A stretch of DNA of 64,000 nt, taken from positions 162,617-226,616 of the forward strand of contig NC_069006.1 of assembly GCF_001194135.2 (NCBI RefSeq). Reading direction: 5' to 3'. Below, one piece after another: positions 1-12,578 of the stretch. Positions within the stretch are counted from its first letter, which is position 1; each line of letters begins with the position of its first letter. The stretch is from Octopus bimaculoides. Its lineage: Eukaryota. The notes under the pieces are model-generated. The model was not told where the DNA came from. It did no database searches and saw nothing but the letters and a program-made list of their open reading frames with translations. The position numbers were made by a program, and so were the translations under genes.

Positions 1-642
1 CATTTACCAGATCCACCACCAAGGCTTTGGTCAGTTTAAAGCTATAGAAAACACTTGCCCAAGGTGCCACACAGTGGGACTGAACCTAGAACTATGTGGT
101 TGGGAAGCCAACTGCTTATCATTAAGAGAACTCTTTTAGTTTCATAATGTGGTCATGGTAATTGCTTTTAATACTTTTAAAATCATTTTTAAGAAGTATA
201 AAAAAAATTTATTTACCTCATTTTGTAAATTAATTCAATTCTTCCAGTCTTTCAGAGCAAATATATTTATTAGATTCTCATAGAATCTTCTGTTTTAATC
301 AGTTTTTGGAGGAAATCTTTTCCAATTGTTCTAAGAGCCAACCCTGAACAGTCTCTCCTCTCTTGTTTTTAATTCGCTTCAATGCAGAAAAGGGTCGTCT
401 AACAGAGGCAGTTGTGAGTGGAATTGTCAAAATAAAATGGCAAACATGGAAGTGGTCTAACAAGATAATTGATGCATCAAATCACTCACACTTTGACTTT
501 TAAAATCTTCCATTGAGTACATGATATTTGGTTCATTTTGTAATCGAATATTAGAAACAAAAAATCTACCTGGCTGTGTGGTAAGAATTTTGCTCCCCCT
601 GAGCCGAGTGGATTTGATTGGATGGAAACTGAAAGCTTACAT

Positions 643-2700
643 TATTTACATTTCACAGATATTTGTCCTAATCTTGTTTGTTGTTAACATGTTTCAGCTG
701 ATATGCCCTCCAGCCTTCATCAGGTGTCTTGGGGAAATTCCTAAGGTATTTTTTGATGTTCTTATTATTATCATTCAGGTCACTGCTTGGAATTGAACTC
801 AGAATCTTGGGGTTAGTAGTCTGTGCTCTTAAACCACTATGCCATATGCTCCGTGGGCAATTATGGAGTGAATTTTAGGGCTTATAAATCTAATATTCTC
901 CTATCCTTCCTTAATACCGGTTCCCATATGCTGTTCATATCTACACTCAGTCGGCTTAGGAGGTTGTTCTGTCCTAGCATATGTGCTGCTTCTTTTAGTT
1001 TTCATATTTTCCAGTGGTGTTCTCTGTCTATTATTTTAACTTCGTCCCATAGGGGGAGGTGGTCTCCATTTTTCCATACATGATCAGCTATACCCAATTT
1101 ATCAATATCTCCTCGTGTCACAGCTTTGCGATGTTCCTCTACCCTTATTTTAAGGGGGTGACATGTTTTGCCTTTCTATAACCTACCACAGCTGTATGGG
1201 GTGGAGTACTCGCAGTCTTTGGTCATATTCTCTTCTATTGGTGGTTTTACTCGAAGGCGGTATTTGTGAAGGGTTGTATTACTCTTGAATACTGTCCTGA
1301 TGCCATACGAGCTGCATATCTTTTGCATCTTTTCGGAGAGGCCTTTCACATGGGGTGGACAGACTGTGGTCAGTTTATGGGTTTCATCCTCTCTTCATAA
1401 TTGGAGTGGATTTTATGTTTTTGGGGTAGTTGTTACTCAACAGATCATTATTGAGCTTGATCAATTCTTCATGGTGTGTATCACAATCGCTACTTATATT
1501 TTTTGCTCGATGTTTTAGGCACTGAGCAATTCCTCTCTTTACACTGTATGGATGGTGGAAATTGAAGTTGAGGTATCGTCCAGTGAAGGTCAGCTTGTGG
1601 TATACAGATGTCCTGAATCCATACTTGGTACATGTTAATACATCTAGGAATGCAAGCTGATTGTGTTTTTCCTTTTCCATTGTGAAATGTATTGATGGCT
1701 TTATTGAGTTCACGTGATCTAACAGCGCTTGGACATCTTCCTGGTGGGGCCAGAGTATAAACGTGTCATCAACATATCGTAACCATAGTGTTGGTTTTAG
1801 TGGTGTTGATCCTAAAGCCAAATTCTCAAAGTATTCCATGTATATATTGGCCATTACCGGTGATAATGGTGAACCCATAGCTAAACACTCCTCTTGTCGA
1901 TATACATCAATGTCCATACTGAAGTAGGTAGTTTCTACACAGAAGGTCAAACATTACTATCAAGTTTCTTATTGGTATACTAGTGCGTTCTTTTAGATGG
2001 GTGTCTGTCACTAGTTTATCTTGTATCACCGATAGTGCTTCACCAGACTTATCACATCTAGACTCACCATCTGGTTGGATTCAATGGGGGTATCCTTGAT
2101 CAATTCTGTGAAATGGGTGGAATTCTTCACGTACGATGTTGACTTTCCTGCTAATGGACTGATTATATCCACAAGGAAGCAGCTCAGTGGATGACATGCT
2201 GAACCTCTACAGCTCCCTATAGGTCTTAATGGAATACCATCCTTGTGAATCTTGGGGAGACCATACATGTGTGGTAGTTTACTGTGGTGTTGAGTCAGTT
2301 GTGTGTACTTCATTGGTGTAAAGTGATCCTTGTTCTTGATCAAGATCTGTGACAACTTCCTCTCTGTTTTCAGAGTTGGGTCTTTCTTTTCTTTGCTATA
2401 GCTACCATCACTTGCCAGTTTTTCCGAATAGTCAGATTTCTTCATCACCACTGTAGCATTTCCCTTGTCTGCTGGAAGTATTATGATGGAATTGTCACTC
2501 TGTAGTCTTGGTTTAGGAAGTTTTGCTTTTTCCAGTACCTGTCTCACTTTCCACCTTAGTTCATCTCCCTGAGCTTTTGGTATCTTTATGGCCATCTCTT
2601 CAATAAGGGCTATTATGTCCAAGTATGGAATACACTTGGTGGTTGTTGCAAAGTTGTGATCTTTGTTTAGTACTGCTTCTTCAGAGCTTTCTAAATGTCA
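643..2700 (-). mobile_element. Degenerate, 5'-truncated Penelope-like retroelement (RT plus C-terminal GIY-YIG endonuclease)
   Basis: RT motifs YGLPKIHKDGIPLRPI (2026-2622), AMGSPLSPVMANIYM and WLRYVDDTF (1384-1950). A GIY-YIG remnant (YSTPYSCGRL*KGKTCHPLKIRVEEH...IADH...KLKEAAH) ends at TAA 882-884. Frameshifts and stops are present. Confidence 0.9.
686..729 (-). ncRNA. Degenerate minimal hammerhead ribozyme in the PLE 3' terminal repeat
   Basis: Minus strand reads GACAC-CTGATGA-A-GGCTG-loop-CAGCT-GAAA-CATGTT; the stem III and cleavage region is eroded. Confidence 0.6.
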
Positions 2701-2879
2701 TAATGTGAAGACTTTTAGTCTAAAATACGCTAAATCAGTGAAGGAAAAATACATCACTAAATACAATAATCCATCATCTATTACAGTTTAAGCTTACATC
2801 GATTCCTCCGTAGTGTTGTTTTGCATTTATAATAAAATAAATATATACAAATTATAGAAAAATAATAAAAAAAACATAC

Positions 2880-2962
2880 AGTACTGTTTCTATTTTCTAG
2901 ATTTCCACCTATTGCGGGAGGTTTTGGAACATAACACCCGTGATAATCGAGGGATTACTGTA
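2880..2962. mobile_element. Tigger/pogo-like terminal inverted repeat fragment
   Basis: Minus strand reads TA-CAGTAATCCCTCGATTATCACGGG. Confidence 0.45.
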
Positions 2963-4549
2963 ATTCTAATAAAAATAACGAGCATTTTGAAAATTATGTG
3001 ATAGCATTGATGTGTCATCGTTACCTTGACAACCAACAACTGAATCCACTCTCAAGGCCTTGATCAATCTGTGGTTATAGTAAAAGACACTTGCCTAAGG
3101 TGCTACGCAGTGGAGCAGAACTCAGAACCACGTGGTTGGGAAGCAAGCTTCTTACCACATACCCAGGTAGTTCTTTTTTTTTTAGATAAAGTATGAGCTT
3201 GAAAAAGCTGAGTCAATGGAGAGGACTTTCCAACTCAGGTGAAATCTCTGAGCAGTTTAAAGTTTCTGATATCCAAGTGGCTAAAAAGCCACCTTAATAA
3301 TAATTCTTACTGATTTTGGATAAGAGCAGCAATTTTGATGAGAGGGAATTAGTCAATTACATCAACCCTAAGTACTTGACTGATCCTTATTTTTAATCCA
3401 CCCTGACAGTCAACCTCAATAGCATTTGAGCTCAGAATGTAAAGAAGCAGAAAAAAATGCTGCAAAGGAGTTCTGCCAGCTCAACACCCGAGCACTAATA
3501 ATAATAATAATAAAAATCCTTTTTACTAAAGGCACAAGGACTGACATTTTGGAGGAGGAGACTAGTCGATTACACTGATCGCCAGTATTCAACTGGTACT
3601 TAANNNNNNNNNNNNNNNNNNNNNNNNNNNNNNNNNNNNNNNNNNNNNNNNNNNNNNNNNNNNNNNNNNNNNNNNNNNNNNNNNNNNNNNNNNNNNNNNN
3701 NNNNNNNNNNNNNNNNNNNNNNNNNNNNNNNNNNNNNNNNNNNNNNNNNNNNNNNNNNNNNNNNNNNNNNNNNNNNNNNNNNNNNNNNNNNNNNNNNNNN
3801 NNNNNNNNNNNNNNNNNNNNNNNNNNNNNNNNNNNNNNNNNNNNNNNNNNNNNNNNNNNNNNNNNNNNNNNNNNNNNNNNNNNNNNNNNNNNNNNNNNNN
3901 NNNNNNNNNNNNNNNNNNNNNNNNNNNNNNNNNNNNNNNNNNNNNNNNNNNNNNNNNNNNNNNNNNNNNNNNNNNNNNNAGCCATGTGGTGAGAGGAATT
4001 CTTTGGGGTTTGAATAATTCACCCTTGGAAACATGGGTGTTTTGCTCAACATCCTTAAACAAACCTTATTTAGGGAACTTTTGAGCAGGATGGGCTACTC
4101 GACCTGAAGAAAATTCTAACTGGGCCCCACCTGCGAGGTCATGTGCTGTTTATCTTGATATGAGATCACCATGTCACGCACATATGGTTGTGATGCACGT
4201 GCCTGGTGTACCCTTATTAGACGGGTAGTCACGATGGGTATAATGGGCTTCGTATATTTTACCCCAGTGTCACTTTGATGGCATGCACTGCTCTCTCACT
4301 CAATAATAATAAACACTTTTGTAAAGTCATTTCATTGATTACATTTTATACAGAATTTGAGCTGTTTCCACATCAAACCCACCAATTTTACAAAAGATGG
4401 TTAATATTTCTCCACTTAGATTAATTTAGTTTCCTGTTTCACCTGAAGATTAAAAGACAAGGAAACAATAGGACTCTTGTTCACTTCAAACAATTAACAA
4501 AAATAAAGACATTCTCTGCTTAATAATTAATATCTAATAATGATAATAA

Positions 4550-5487
4550 TAATCTTTCTACTCTAGGCACAAGACTTGATATTGTGCGGTGGGGGTAAGC
4601 TGGATATATTGACCCCAGTGCACGACTGGTACTTATTTCACTGAAAAGATGAAAGCCAAAGTTGACCTCAGCAGACCTCAGTGTAAAGTGCCACAAGAAA
4701 TGCTGTTCAGCATCTCGTCCAAGGGTGGTAATGTTCTGCTAAGTTACCATCCTAGTAACAAAAACGACAATAATAATAATAATTATCTTTTCTACTGGAA
4801 GCACAAGGCTTCAAATTTTTTGGGGAAGGGATTAAGTCGATTGCAATGGCCTCAGTACGCAACTGGTACTTGATTTATCAACCCCGAAAGAATGAAAGGC
4901 AAAGTAGACCTCGGTGGAATTTGAACTCAGAGCGTAGCAGCAAACGAAATACTGCTAAGCATTTTGCCTGGCATGCTAACGATTCTGCCAGCTTACCACC
5001 TCTGATGATAAAAATAATAATAATAATGGTTTTAAATTTAGGCATAAGGCCTGCAATTTTGAGGTGGGGAGGGTCAGTTGATTAGATTGACCCCATTAGT
5101 AGATAGGTACTTTGTTTTATCCCAAAATAACATAAAAATAATATCAACTTTGGTGGAATTTAAACTCAGAACGTAAAAAGAGCCAGAAGAAATGTCAGTA
5201 AACATTTTGTCTGATCTGATGAGGATTCTGCCAGCACAGCTGGTTAATAAGAGTAATAAAGCCTTCCTACTCTAGGTACATGGCCCCCATTATGTAGAAG
5301 GGCTGAGGGTGGGGGGTAGTCAATGGTATCGACCCCTGTCTTCAATTGGTACTTAATTTCATCAACCCCGAAATGATGAAAAACAAAGTCAACATTGGCG
5401 GAATTTGAACTCAGAACATAGCGGAAGATGAAATGCTACTAAGCATTTCACCCAGCATGCTAATCATTCTGCCAGCTCCCCACCTTC

Positions 5488-5490
<3 letters not shown>
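4550..5490 (-). mobile_element. Tandem array of four tRNA-headed SINEs joined by (AAT)n
   Basis: Repeated unit ...GAGCTGGCAGAATCGTTAGCA...CTGAGTTCAAATTCC...TTTCATCCTTTCGGGGT...AAGTACCAGT...GGCCTTGTGCC. Similar arrays at about 3300-3600, 10135-10710, 27430-28000 (+), 29240-29690 and 43615-44265. Confidence 0.8.
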
Positions 5491-5543
<53 letters not shown>

Positions 5544-5598
5544 TAATAATAATAATAATAACAATAATAATAATAATAATAACAATAATAATAATAAT
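5490..5598. repeat. (AAT)n microsatellite
   Basis: Directly visible. Confidence 0.98.
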
Positions 5599-5862
5599 AT
5601 GCTTGAAATTTTTGTGAAGATATATTATTTCAATATATAATATTTTGATTTTTCTTTTTTTTTAATAAGTATTGTAATCTGGGTTAGAGAAATAAATACA
5701 GATTCTTGCAGAGATCTTTCTATAAAGTTCCACAAAAGAGATCCCCATCTAGAATGGTGCTTGTCCTTTGAGAATTCACCACCAATAAGGTTTTGTATTA
5801 AGAGTTCACTGAAGACGGCTCTGGTCCTAGGTAGAGGGCTCCCAATAGGGAAGATCCTGTGT

Positions 5863-5900
<38 letters not shown>

Positions 5901-6617
5901 AAGGGGGGGGGAGAAAAATAGAGAACACTTTTAGAGAGAATTTATTTTCCATTTATAAACTTCCTCTGTGTGTGTATGTGTGTATATATCTATACATACA
6001 TACATACATATACATACATAAACATAGACACACACATACATTCATATACACATGCATGAGTATATATATATATATATATAATTACATGCACACTCATATA
6101 CACATACATTCATACACACACACACACACACACACAGATCCCATCCATCGGTTTTCAGTTAGCAGGATATTTGGGTCAATGGAAACAGACACCAGTCCCA
6201 GGTGGCACATGGTGGAAATGAACCTGGGACTGCATGGTTGTAAAGTGAATTTCTTAACCATTTGGTCATGTCTGTGTCAACATATCCACACACACACACA
6301 CACAGAGATTCATGCAGAAACAAAGATAGTGCATCAACATGGTTTTGGTTGGAATCACTAAAACTTATATGCACACACATAGGCTGGTATGTATATGTGT
6401 GTGCATATGTATATGTATGTATGTGTGTGTGTGTATGTGTATGCACGTGTGTACATATTTATATACACATGCATATAAAGTGTATATGTGGTTTCATCTC
6501 CTGCTGATACACATAATATATACACTCTCTGATAGTATAGTCCACAGAATCTTCAAGAAACAGACAGAGGGAGAGACAGACAGACAGAGAGAGAAGACAA
6601 AGCTATAAGGCTGTACT

Positions 6618-6623
6618 TTTAAT
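6618..6623 (-). terminator. Candidate polyadenylation signal ATTAAA of mitofusin
   Basis: About 200 nt after the stop, followed by a (TGTC)/(TC)-rich tract on the minus strand. Confidence 0.4.
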
Positions 6624-6820
6624 ATACATAGATGATGGAATCAGCTGACCAACTAATCAGATCAGACTTCATGAAACTGTCCCCGCTTTTTACAGTTCTT
6701 TGCCAACTGACAGCTCGGTTTGTTGCCAAACAAGCAGAGTTCTGCTTCACTCGGTCACTGTGTCTATCATAGTGGACAGAAGCAGCTGCATCCATACGTA
6801 AAACTAAACTGGACCCTGGT

Positions 6821-6890
6821 TCAAACCTCATGCTGGAGGTATTGGTTGGTGAAGGACTTCAATTCACTGTCTAACCAATCAGCTTTGTTT
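6821..6890 (-). CDS. MFN2: Mitofusin terminal coding exon 17 (RNKADWLDSELKSFTNQYLQHEV*)
   Basis: Translated by hand; TTTTACAG acceptor; TGA at 6821-6823; matches the mitofusin C-terminus NKAxWLDSEL. Confidence 0.96.
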
Positions 6891-8331
6891 CTGTAAAAAA
6901 GAAAGAAAAACGTAAAACAAAATGGCAGAGTGGAAAGCCTTTTGCATTTAGGAACTGGTCAGATCCAGTCAAAATATTTCTACCTGCTTCAGGTTCAAAC
7001 TGCTGGAATCCGGCTAAAATATTCTGTTTTATGTTCAAACTGGGCAAATCTAGCTTCTCACACCTACCCTACAATGTCATTCTGAAAATAAATAATTACA
7101 TCATCATCATATGTCTGTTTACCATGCTGGCATGGGTTGGACTGTTTGAGAGGCTTTGGAAAGCTGGAGAGTTACACCAGGCCCCACTTGTCTGTCCTGA
7201 CATGGTTTCCACAGCTGGAAGCCTTTCCTAACACCATCCCCTTTACAGAGCATACTAGCTGCTTATTACATGCTACCAGCACAGGTGCCCTTTACTTGGC
7301 ACTGGTATAAATGAACCTTATGTTCGACAGAGCTATCTGAATATCAAAATGTTTAAAGATGATGCCAAGAGCAATACTTATTTGGCTGCTGAGGCCTTCA
7401 ACACACAGAAAACAACAACAACTACGACTACAATTTCGAATCAATAACAATAAGAGCAAGAATCTCAACTGTTGAGGGCAGTTGTAAAGGATGTCTTGGG
7501 TAACTTTAACCCCTTCATTGAAATACAATGCCTTTATTTCAATTAATTTTGAAAATAACAAAGAGTTTATTAAAGTCACTGTGTCATTATTAAAGCTAAT
7601 GTTTGAAGCATGAATTAACACAGAAGTTTGAGGGTTTTCATTTAAATCAGTTCAAACCCTTTTGTTGTCAAATCTCTTTCTTGTTTCAGTCATTTGACTG
7701 TGGCCATGCTGGAGCACCACCTTAAAGAATTTTCTTTTAGTTGAAGAAATCGACTCCAGGGTTTATTCTTTGTAAGCCTGGCACTTAGTCTATTGGTGTC
7801 TCTTGCTGAACCGCTAAGTTACAGGGATGTAAACACAGTTGTCAAGTGATGGGTGGGAGGAGAAAAACAAATACAGACACAAAGACATGCACATAAACGC
7901 ACACATATATAAATAAATGATAAGGGCAAACTACTCTATTAATCCATACCTAAAAATCTTTACATGCTAGCTACCTGATAAAATCCTATATAGATTTTTA
8001 TCTTTGATTATAATATATATATACACACACACATATATATATATACATATATATACATACATAACGGGCTTTCAATTTCCTTCTACCAAATTCTTTCACA
8101 AGGCTATAGTAAGAGATACCAGCGCAAGGTGCCACACAGTGAGACTGAGCCTGGAACCATGTGGTTAGGAAGCAAGCTTCTCACCACAACAACCACACCT
8201 GCACCTTTGTTTAACTTAATTTTGAAAATAAAGAGGAATTTAGTAAAATAACTCTACAATTATTAAGCTTGTGTTTGAAACATGAATCAATACAAAAGTT
8301 GAACGTAAGGTTTTCCTCTAAATCACTTTAA

Positions 8332-8544
8332 CCCTTTTGTTACCATATTTCTGTTGAAACACAGATTTTGTTTCAATTAATTACAAAAGCAAGAATTTAG
8401 TAAAATAATTTCATTATTAAGCTGATGCATGAAGAATAAATTAACATGAAATTCTGCAGAATGGTTTTAATTTAGATCAGTTTAAGACATTAAGTTTGTA
8501 CCATGGAACGAAGGGTGGTCTCAGTCAGGTTGGTATCAAAAGGG
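8332..8544. mobile_element. piggyBac-like MITE
   Basis: TTAA|CCCTTTTGTTACCA...TTGGTATCAAAAGGG|TTAA, with TTAA on both sides. Confidence 0.8.
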
Positions 8545-8792
8545 TTAAACTTGGAGCAGCCCAAATATCTCTCAGTGAATTTCTTCCAGAGAGAAACAAG
8601 GAGAGGTGAATCAGACACCAGTCCTTGATTGGTGCTTTATTGTATCAAAGGACAAAGTTGACTTCAGCAGAATTTGAGCTCAGAACGTAAACAGTTGGAA
8701 GAAATACTGTCTGCCAGATCACTGCCTTAACAACAACAACAACAACGAGGAGGAGGAGGAGGAGAAGAGGTTGAAGCAGCAATGTCACAAAC

Positions 8793-8927
8793 CTGAGTGT
8801 CTTTGACTTGGAAGTGACGTCCTTTAACTGGTCAATGTCCTTCTGGATTTTATTGATTTCATCTTCCAATTGACTCTTGGACAGGTCAACTTGGTGGCAC
8901 ACAACGGAGAAGGTGGAGGTCAGCTCC
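8793..8927 (-). CDS. MFN2: Mitofusin coding exon 16 (ELTSTFSVVCHQVD...SKSKTLR), HR2
   Basis: CAG acceptor; donor AG|GTTTGT; phase 2 to 2. Confidence 0.95.
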
Positions 8928-9881
8928 CTGTTGTTGTGGACGGTGTTGGAAAAAGAGAGTGAGTGAGTGAGAGGGTATGAGAAAGAGAGAGTGGTAGGGG
9001 ACGTGTGTAGGCATGTTGTTATGAGGTGTGGAAGGGTGGGGTGGGGCGAGTGGATGAGAGACAAGGAAGGAAGGAAGGAAGGAGAGAGTAGCACATGTGA
9101 ATGTGGAGTGGAGGCAGAAGTGAGAGGAGAAAGACAAAGAGAACACTGTGTGTGTGTGTGTGTGTGCATGCTAATAGCAGCATGTGTGTGTAGTAGTAGT
9201 AGTATAGCAACAATAATGTATTAATGTATGAACAGGAGTTGTACTGTACCAGTTTATTTTATATTGTTTTTTTTTTTAAGGTTGGGTTCCAACCTGGGGC
9301 TGCAGCAACTAAGTCCACTTTCCACACCTCTGGGTCACTGCCTCGAGGTTCTGGATACACTCCAGGACAGTGTCCGTGAGCAAGTTGTCAATGTAAGGGT
9401 GCCAATGTTTGCCTCTTCCTCCATCACCATAAACTGGGTTCCACAACACTAATTTGGACGGTTCCAGTTCAGGTGGTGCATGCAATGACCAGAGTTGCCA
9501 ACGCTGTCTCTTTACCTGATCTTCTCGCTAATTATCACCAGGTCCTCATAAAAGTATTCATTTGTCATCTGTTGCTGCCATTTCACATTTAGGGCCCTTG
9601 TGTAGCCTGTTTGATAATTTCCTTGTCAGTGTCAGTGTCTATGCTTCACTGATTTGACTGTTGGTGTGTGTGTGTGTGTGTGTGCATTAAAACATCTGTA
9701 TGCATGCGTGGTAGTGTTTCAGTGAATCTGTGCATGCGTATGTGTGAGATAATTCACTGGCAATAGGTATGAAGGGTCAATAGTGATGGCGTCCACAATG
9801 CTTCACTTGGTGACCACAGCCGGGACCGGACGAGTGTGTGTGTGTGTGTGTGTGTGAGACTGTGGCTAGCATCTTACTCAC

Positions 9882-10078
9882 TGTTTCACCTGGTGACTGC
9901 AGTTGGAGCTGGTCAAGTCAACAATCAGACGTAGCTTGCTGCTGGCGTATTCCACGTACTGGCGTTTGAAAGCTCGTTCCTTGGCCTTGTTGGTCCATGT
10001 TAACCGCTCGTAGCAGTAGAGCAGACCATACAGGGCCCCACTCACTGCAATCACCCGCCAACCAGCTGCTTTAGCAAT
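9882..10078 (-). CDS. MFN2: Mitofusin coding exon 15 ([12 protein letters not shown]...[19 protein letters not shown]...SNCSHQVKQ); not in the ORF track
   Basis: Translated by hand; TACAG acceptor; donor CA|GTGAGT; phase 0 to 2. Confidence 0.97.
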
Positions 10079-10090
10079 CTGTAAATCATA

Positions 10091-10134
<44 letters not shown>

Positions 10135-11279
10135 TTTTCTACTACAAGCACAAGGCCTGCAATTTTGTGTGTGAGTGGGGGGGTGGAGCTAGCCAAGCAC
10201 ACCGACCTCCCCCACCACCACAGTTCTCAACTAGAATCTATTTTGTTGACTCTGAAAGGATGAAAGGCCAACCTCAGTAGAGTTTGAACTCAAATTGTAA
10301 AGATGGAACAGGTGTTGCTAAGTATTTTTGCCTGGCATGCTAATGATTCTGCCAGCTCGCCCACCTTAATAATAATAATAATAATAATAATGGTCTCAAA
10401 TTTCGGCACAAGGCCAGCAATTTCAGAGGAAGGGCCTCAGTGTTAACCTGATATTTATTTTATCAACCCCAAAAGGACGAAAGGCAAAGTTGACCTCAAC
10501 AAAATTTGAACTCAGAACGTACAGATGGATGAAATACTGCTAAGCATTTTGTCAAGTGTGCTAATGATTCTGCCAGCTCACCACAATAATAATAATAATA
10601 ATAATAAATAATAATAGTAAAGGTTTCAAATTTTGGTAATAAGGCCAGCAATGTTAAAGGAAGGGAAAGTTGATTACATTGACCTCAGGGTTCATCTGGT
10701 ACTTATTTCATTTCATTTATTTTTAGTGACAGTGGCAATTAAAAATAATAAAAAAAAAGGTTTGTACTTTGAACATAAAATGGATTTAAATACCACAATA
10801 CATTTCATCTGAGTGAAGGAGTATGGCCTAGTGGTTAGGCTGTTGCATTCACAATCACTAGATCATGGGTTCAATTCCCTGACTGGGCAGTACACTGTGT
10901 TTTTGAGCAAAGTACTTCATTTCATATTGCTTCAGTCCCTGCTTTGATCAGGGGAAATGTTGGCCTGCTCAGCTAGCCAGTGGGATGGTGTCATTCAATT
11001 AGCTAAAACAATGCTAAAAGTGCATTGTGACCAGTGATGTGTAACAACATCTGATAGCGTGGTCAGTCACATGATCACAATTTCATCTGATGTTCTACAA
11101 ATCCTCCAAAGAGCCAGCCAATAGCAGGGAATCACTTGGCTGTCACTTCACGAACAAGAATGCATTTCCTTCATTTTGAAGGAAACTGAAATTTGATGAT
11201 GTCTAATATATTTGACTATGGATCAGAAGACTCCAGGTTCTAATGCAGACAAACTCATAAAACAGGGAGCATTAGATGC

Positions 11280-11858
11280 AGGCATGGTTGTGTGACCAAG
11301 AAAAACACTTTGGAACCGTGTGATTTCAGGTTCAGTCCCACTGCATGCCACCTCAGGCAAGTGTTTTCTACCATGGCTCCAAATCATTGTAAGTGGATTT
11401 GGCAGATGGAAACTGTTGACGCCTTTCTCATGCTTGAGAAGACCTGTTGAGTCAAGTAAAACCAAAATTATAGTTGTGGCACATGAAATTCCATTCCAGT
11501 GGCACATGAAATGCATCATCTGAATGTGGCAGATGCTGGGTCTGCCCGACTGGCATGTAAAAAGTGTCATTTGAATGTGGCTGATGCTGGGTCTGCCCGA
11601 CAGGCTCCTGTGCTGGTGGCACATAAAAAGCACTATCTGAACATGATCGATGCCGGGGTTGCCTGACTGGCTCCCGTGCTAGTGGTACATAAAAAGCACT
11701 CATTACACTCTAGGAGTGGTTGGTGTTAGGAAGGGCATCCAACTATAGAAACATTGCCAGATCAGATTGGAGCCTGGTGCAGCTGCTAGCTTTCCAGACC
11801 TCAGTCAAACCGTCCAACCCATGCCAGCATAGAAAACGGACATTGAATGATGATGATG
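11280..11858 (+). mobile_element. tRNA-derived SINE carrying the RTE LINE 3' tail (internal ~60 bp tandem repeats, (GAT)n end)
   Basis: Head GGCATGGTTGTGTGACC...GGTTCAGTCCC; the tail is homologous to 35440-35888. Confidence 0.75.
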
Positions 11859-11898
11859 GTAAACAGCTAGGTCAATGTAATACCATAATGGAAAACTT

Positions 11899-12048
11899 TA
11901 ATCATCACTAAATTTGACTGATGGTACCAAAGCACCTACATTGCTAGAAATAAGACTTAAAAAACTCTTCTTAGAGCATTAAGAGTTTTTAACTTATTTC
12001 TAGCAATGTAGGTGCTTTGACACCCTCAGTCAAATTCAGTGACGATTA
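11899..12048. repeat. Fold-back inverted repeat (arms ~70 bp, loop ~10 nt)
   Basis: CAAAGCACCTACATTGCTAGAAATAAG pairs with CTTATTTCTAGCAATGTAGGTGCTTTG, with flanking imperfect extension. Confidence 0.9.
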
Positions 12049-12146
12049 TATACATATACATATATACATATATATACATTGTTTTATCACGGACTAGATT
12101 ATTTGACATAGATGGAGAAAGGTAAAATAAGTGGAGTGTAACATAC

Positions 12147-12275
12147 CATTCCTACGAGAACCATGGCACCGACTGTGGTGCGAGAGGTGACTGAGGCAAA
12201 TGTGCTTAACATAGCAACAAGGACTTCACTGGATTGAGATACATCTGTGGCTGCTGGCTGTTGGGATTGTGGGGT
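12147..12275 (-). CDS. MFN2: Mitofusin coding exon 14 (TPQSQQ...SVTSRTTVGAMVLVGM), start of transmembrane region
   Basis: TGCAG acceptor; donor ATG|GTATGT; phase 0 to 0. Confidence 0.94.
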
Positions 12276-12578
12276 CTGCAAGAGAGGGAGAGAGTGATTA
12301 ATGGGTAATTAGAGAGAGAGAGAGACGGGGAGAGAGAGAGAGACGGGGAGAGAGAAAACAAGGATAACGAAGAAAGAGAAAGAGACAAAGAAAAATGAAA
12401 CAAAGAGGAAGAAAAATGGAGATATTGAAAGAAAGAGAAACAAGAAACATGAAAGAGGGAGAGAGAGAGAGAGAGAGAAACAATGAAAGAGAGAAAAGAG
12501 TATAAGGAAAGAAAGAGAAAGTAAAAGAAAGACAAGAAAGAGAAAAAGACAAAAAAAAAAGGCTGTGTTGATATTTAC

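Noticed and set aside
5972-6608. HT/YI/CV-rich ORFs here and at many other sites
   Set aside because: (CA)n and (TA)n microsatellite translations.
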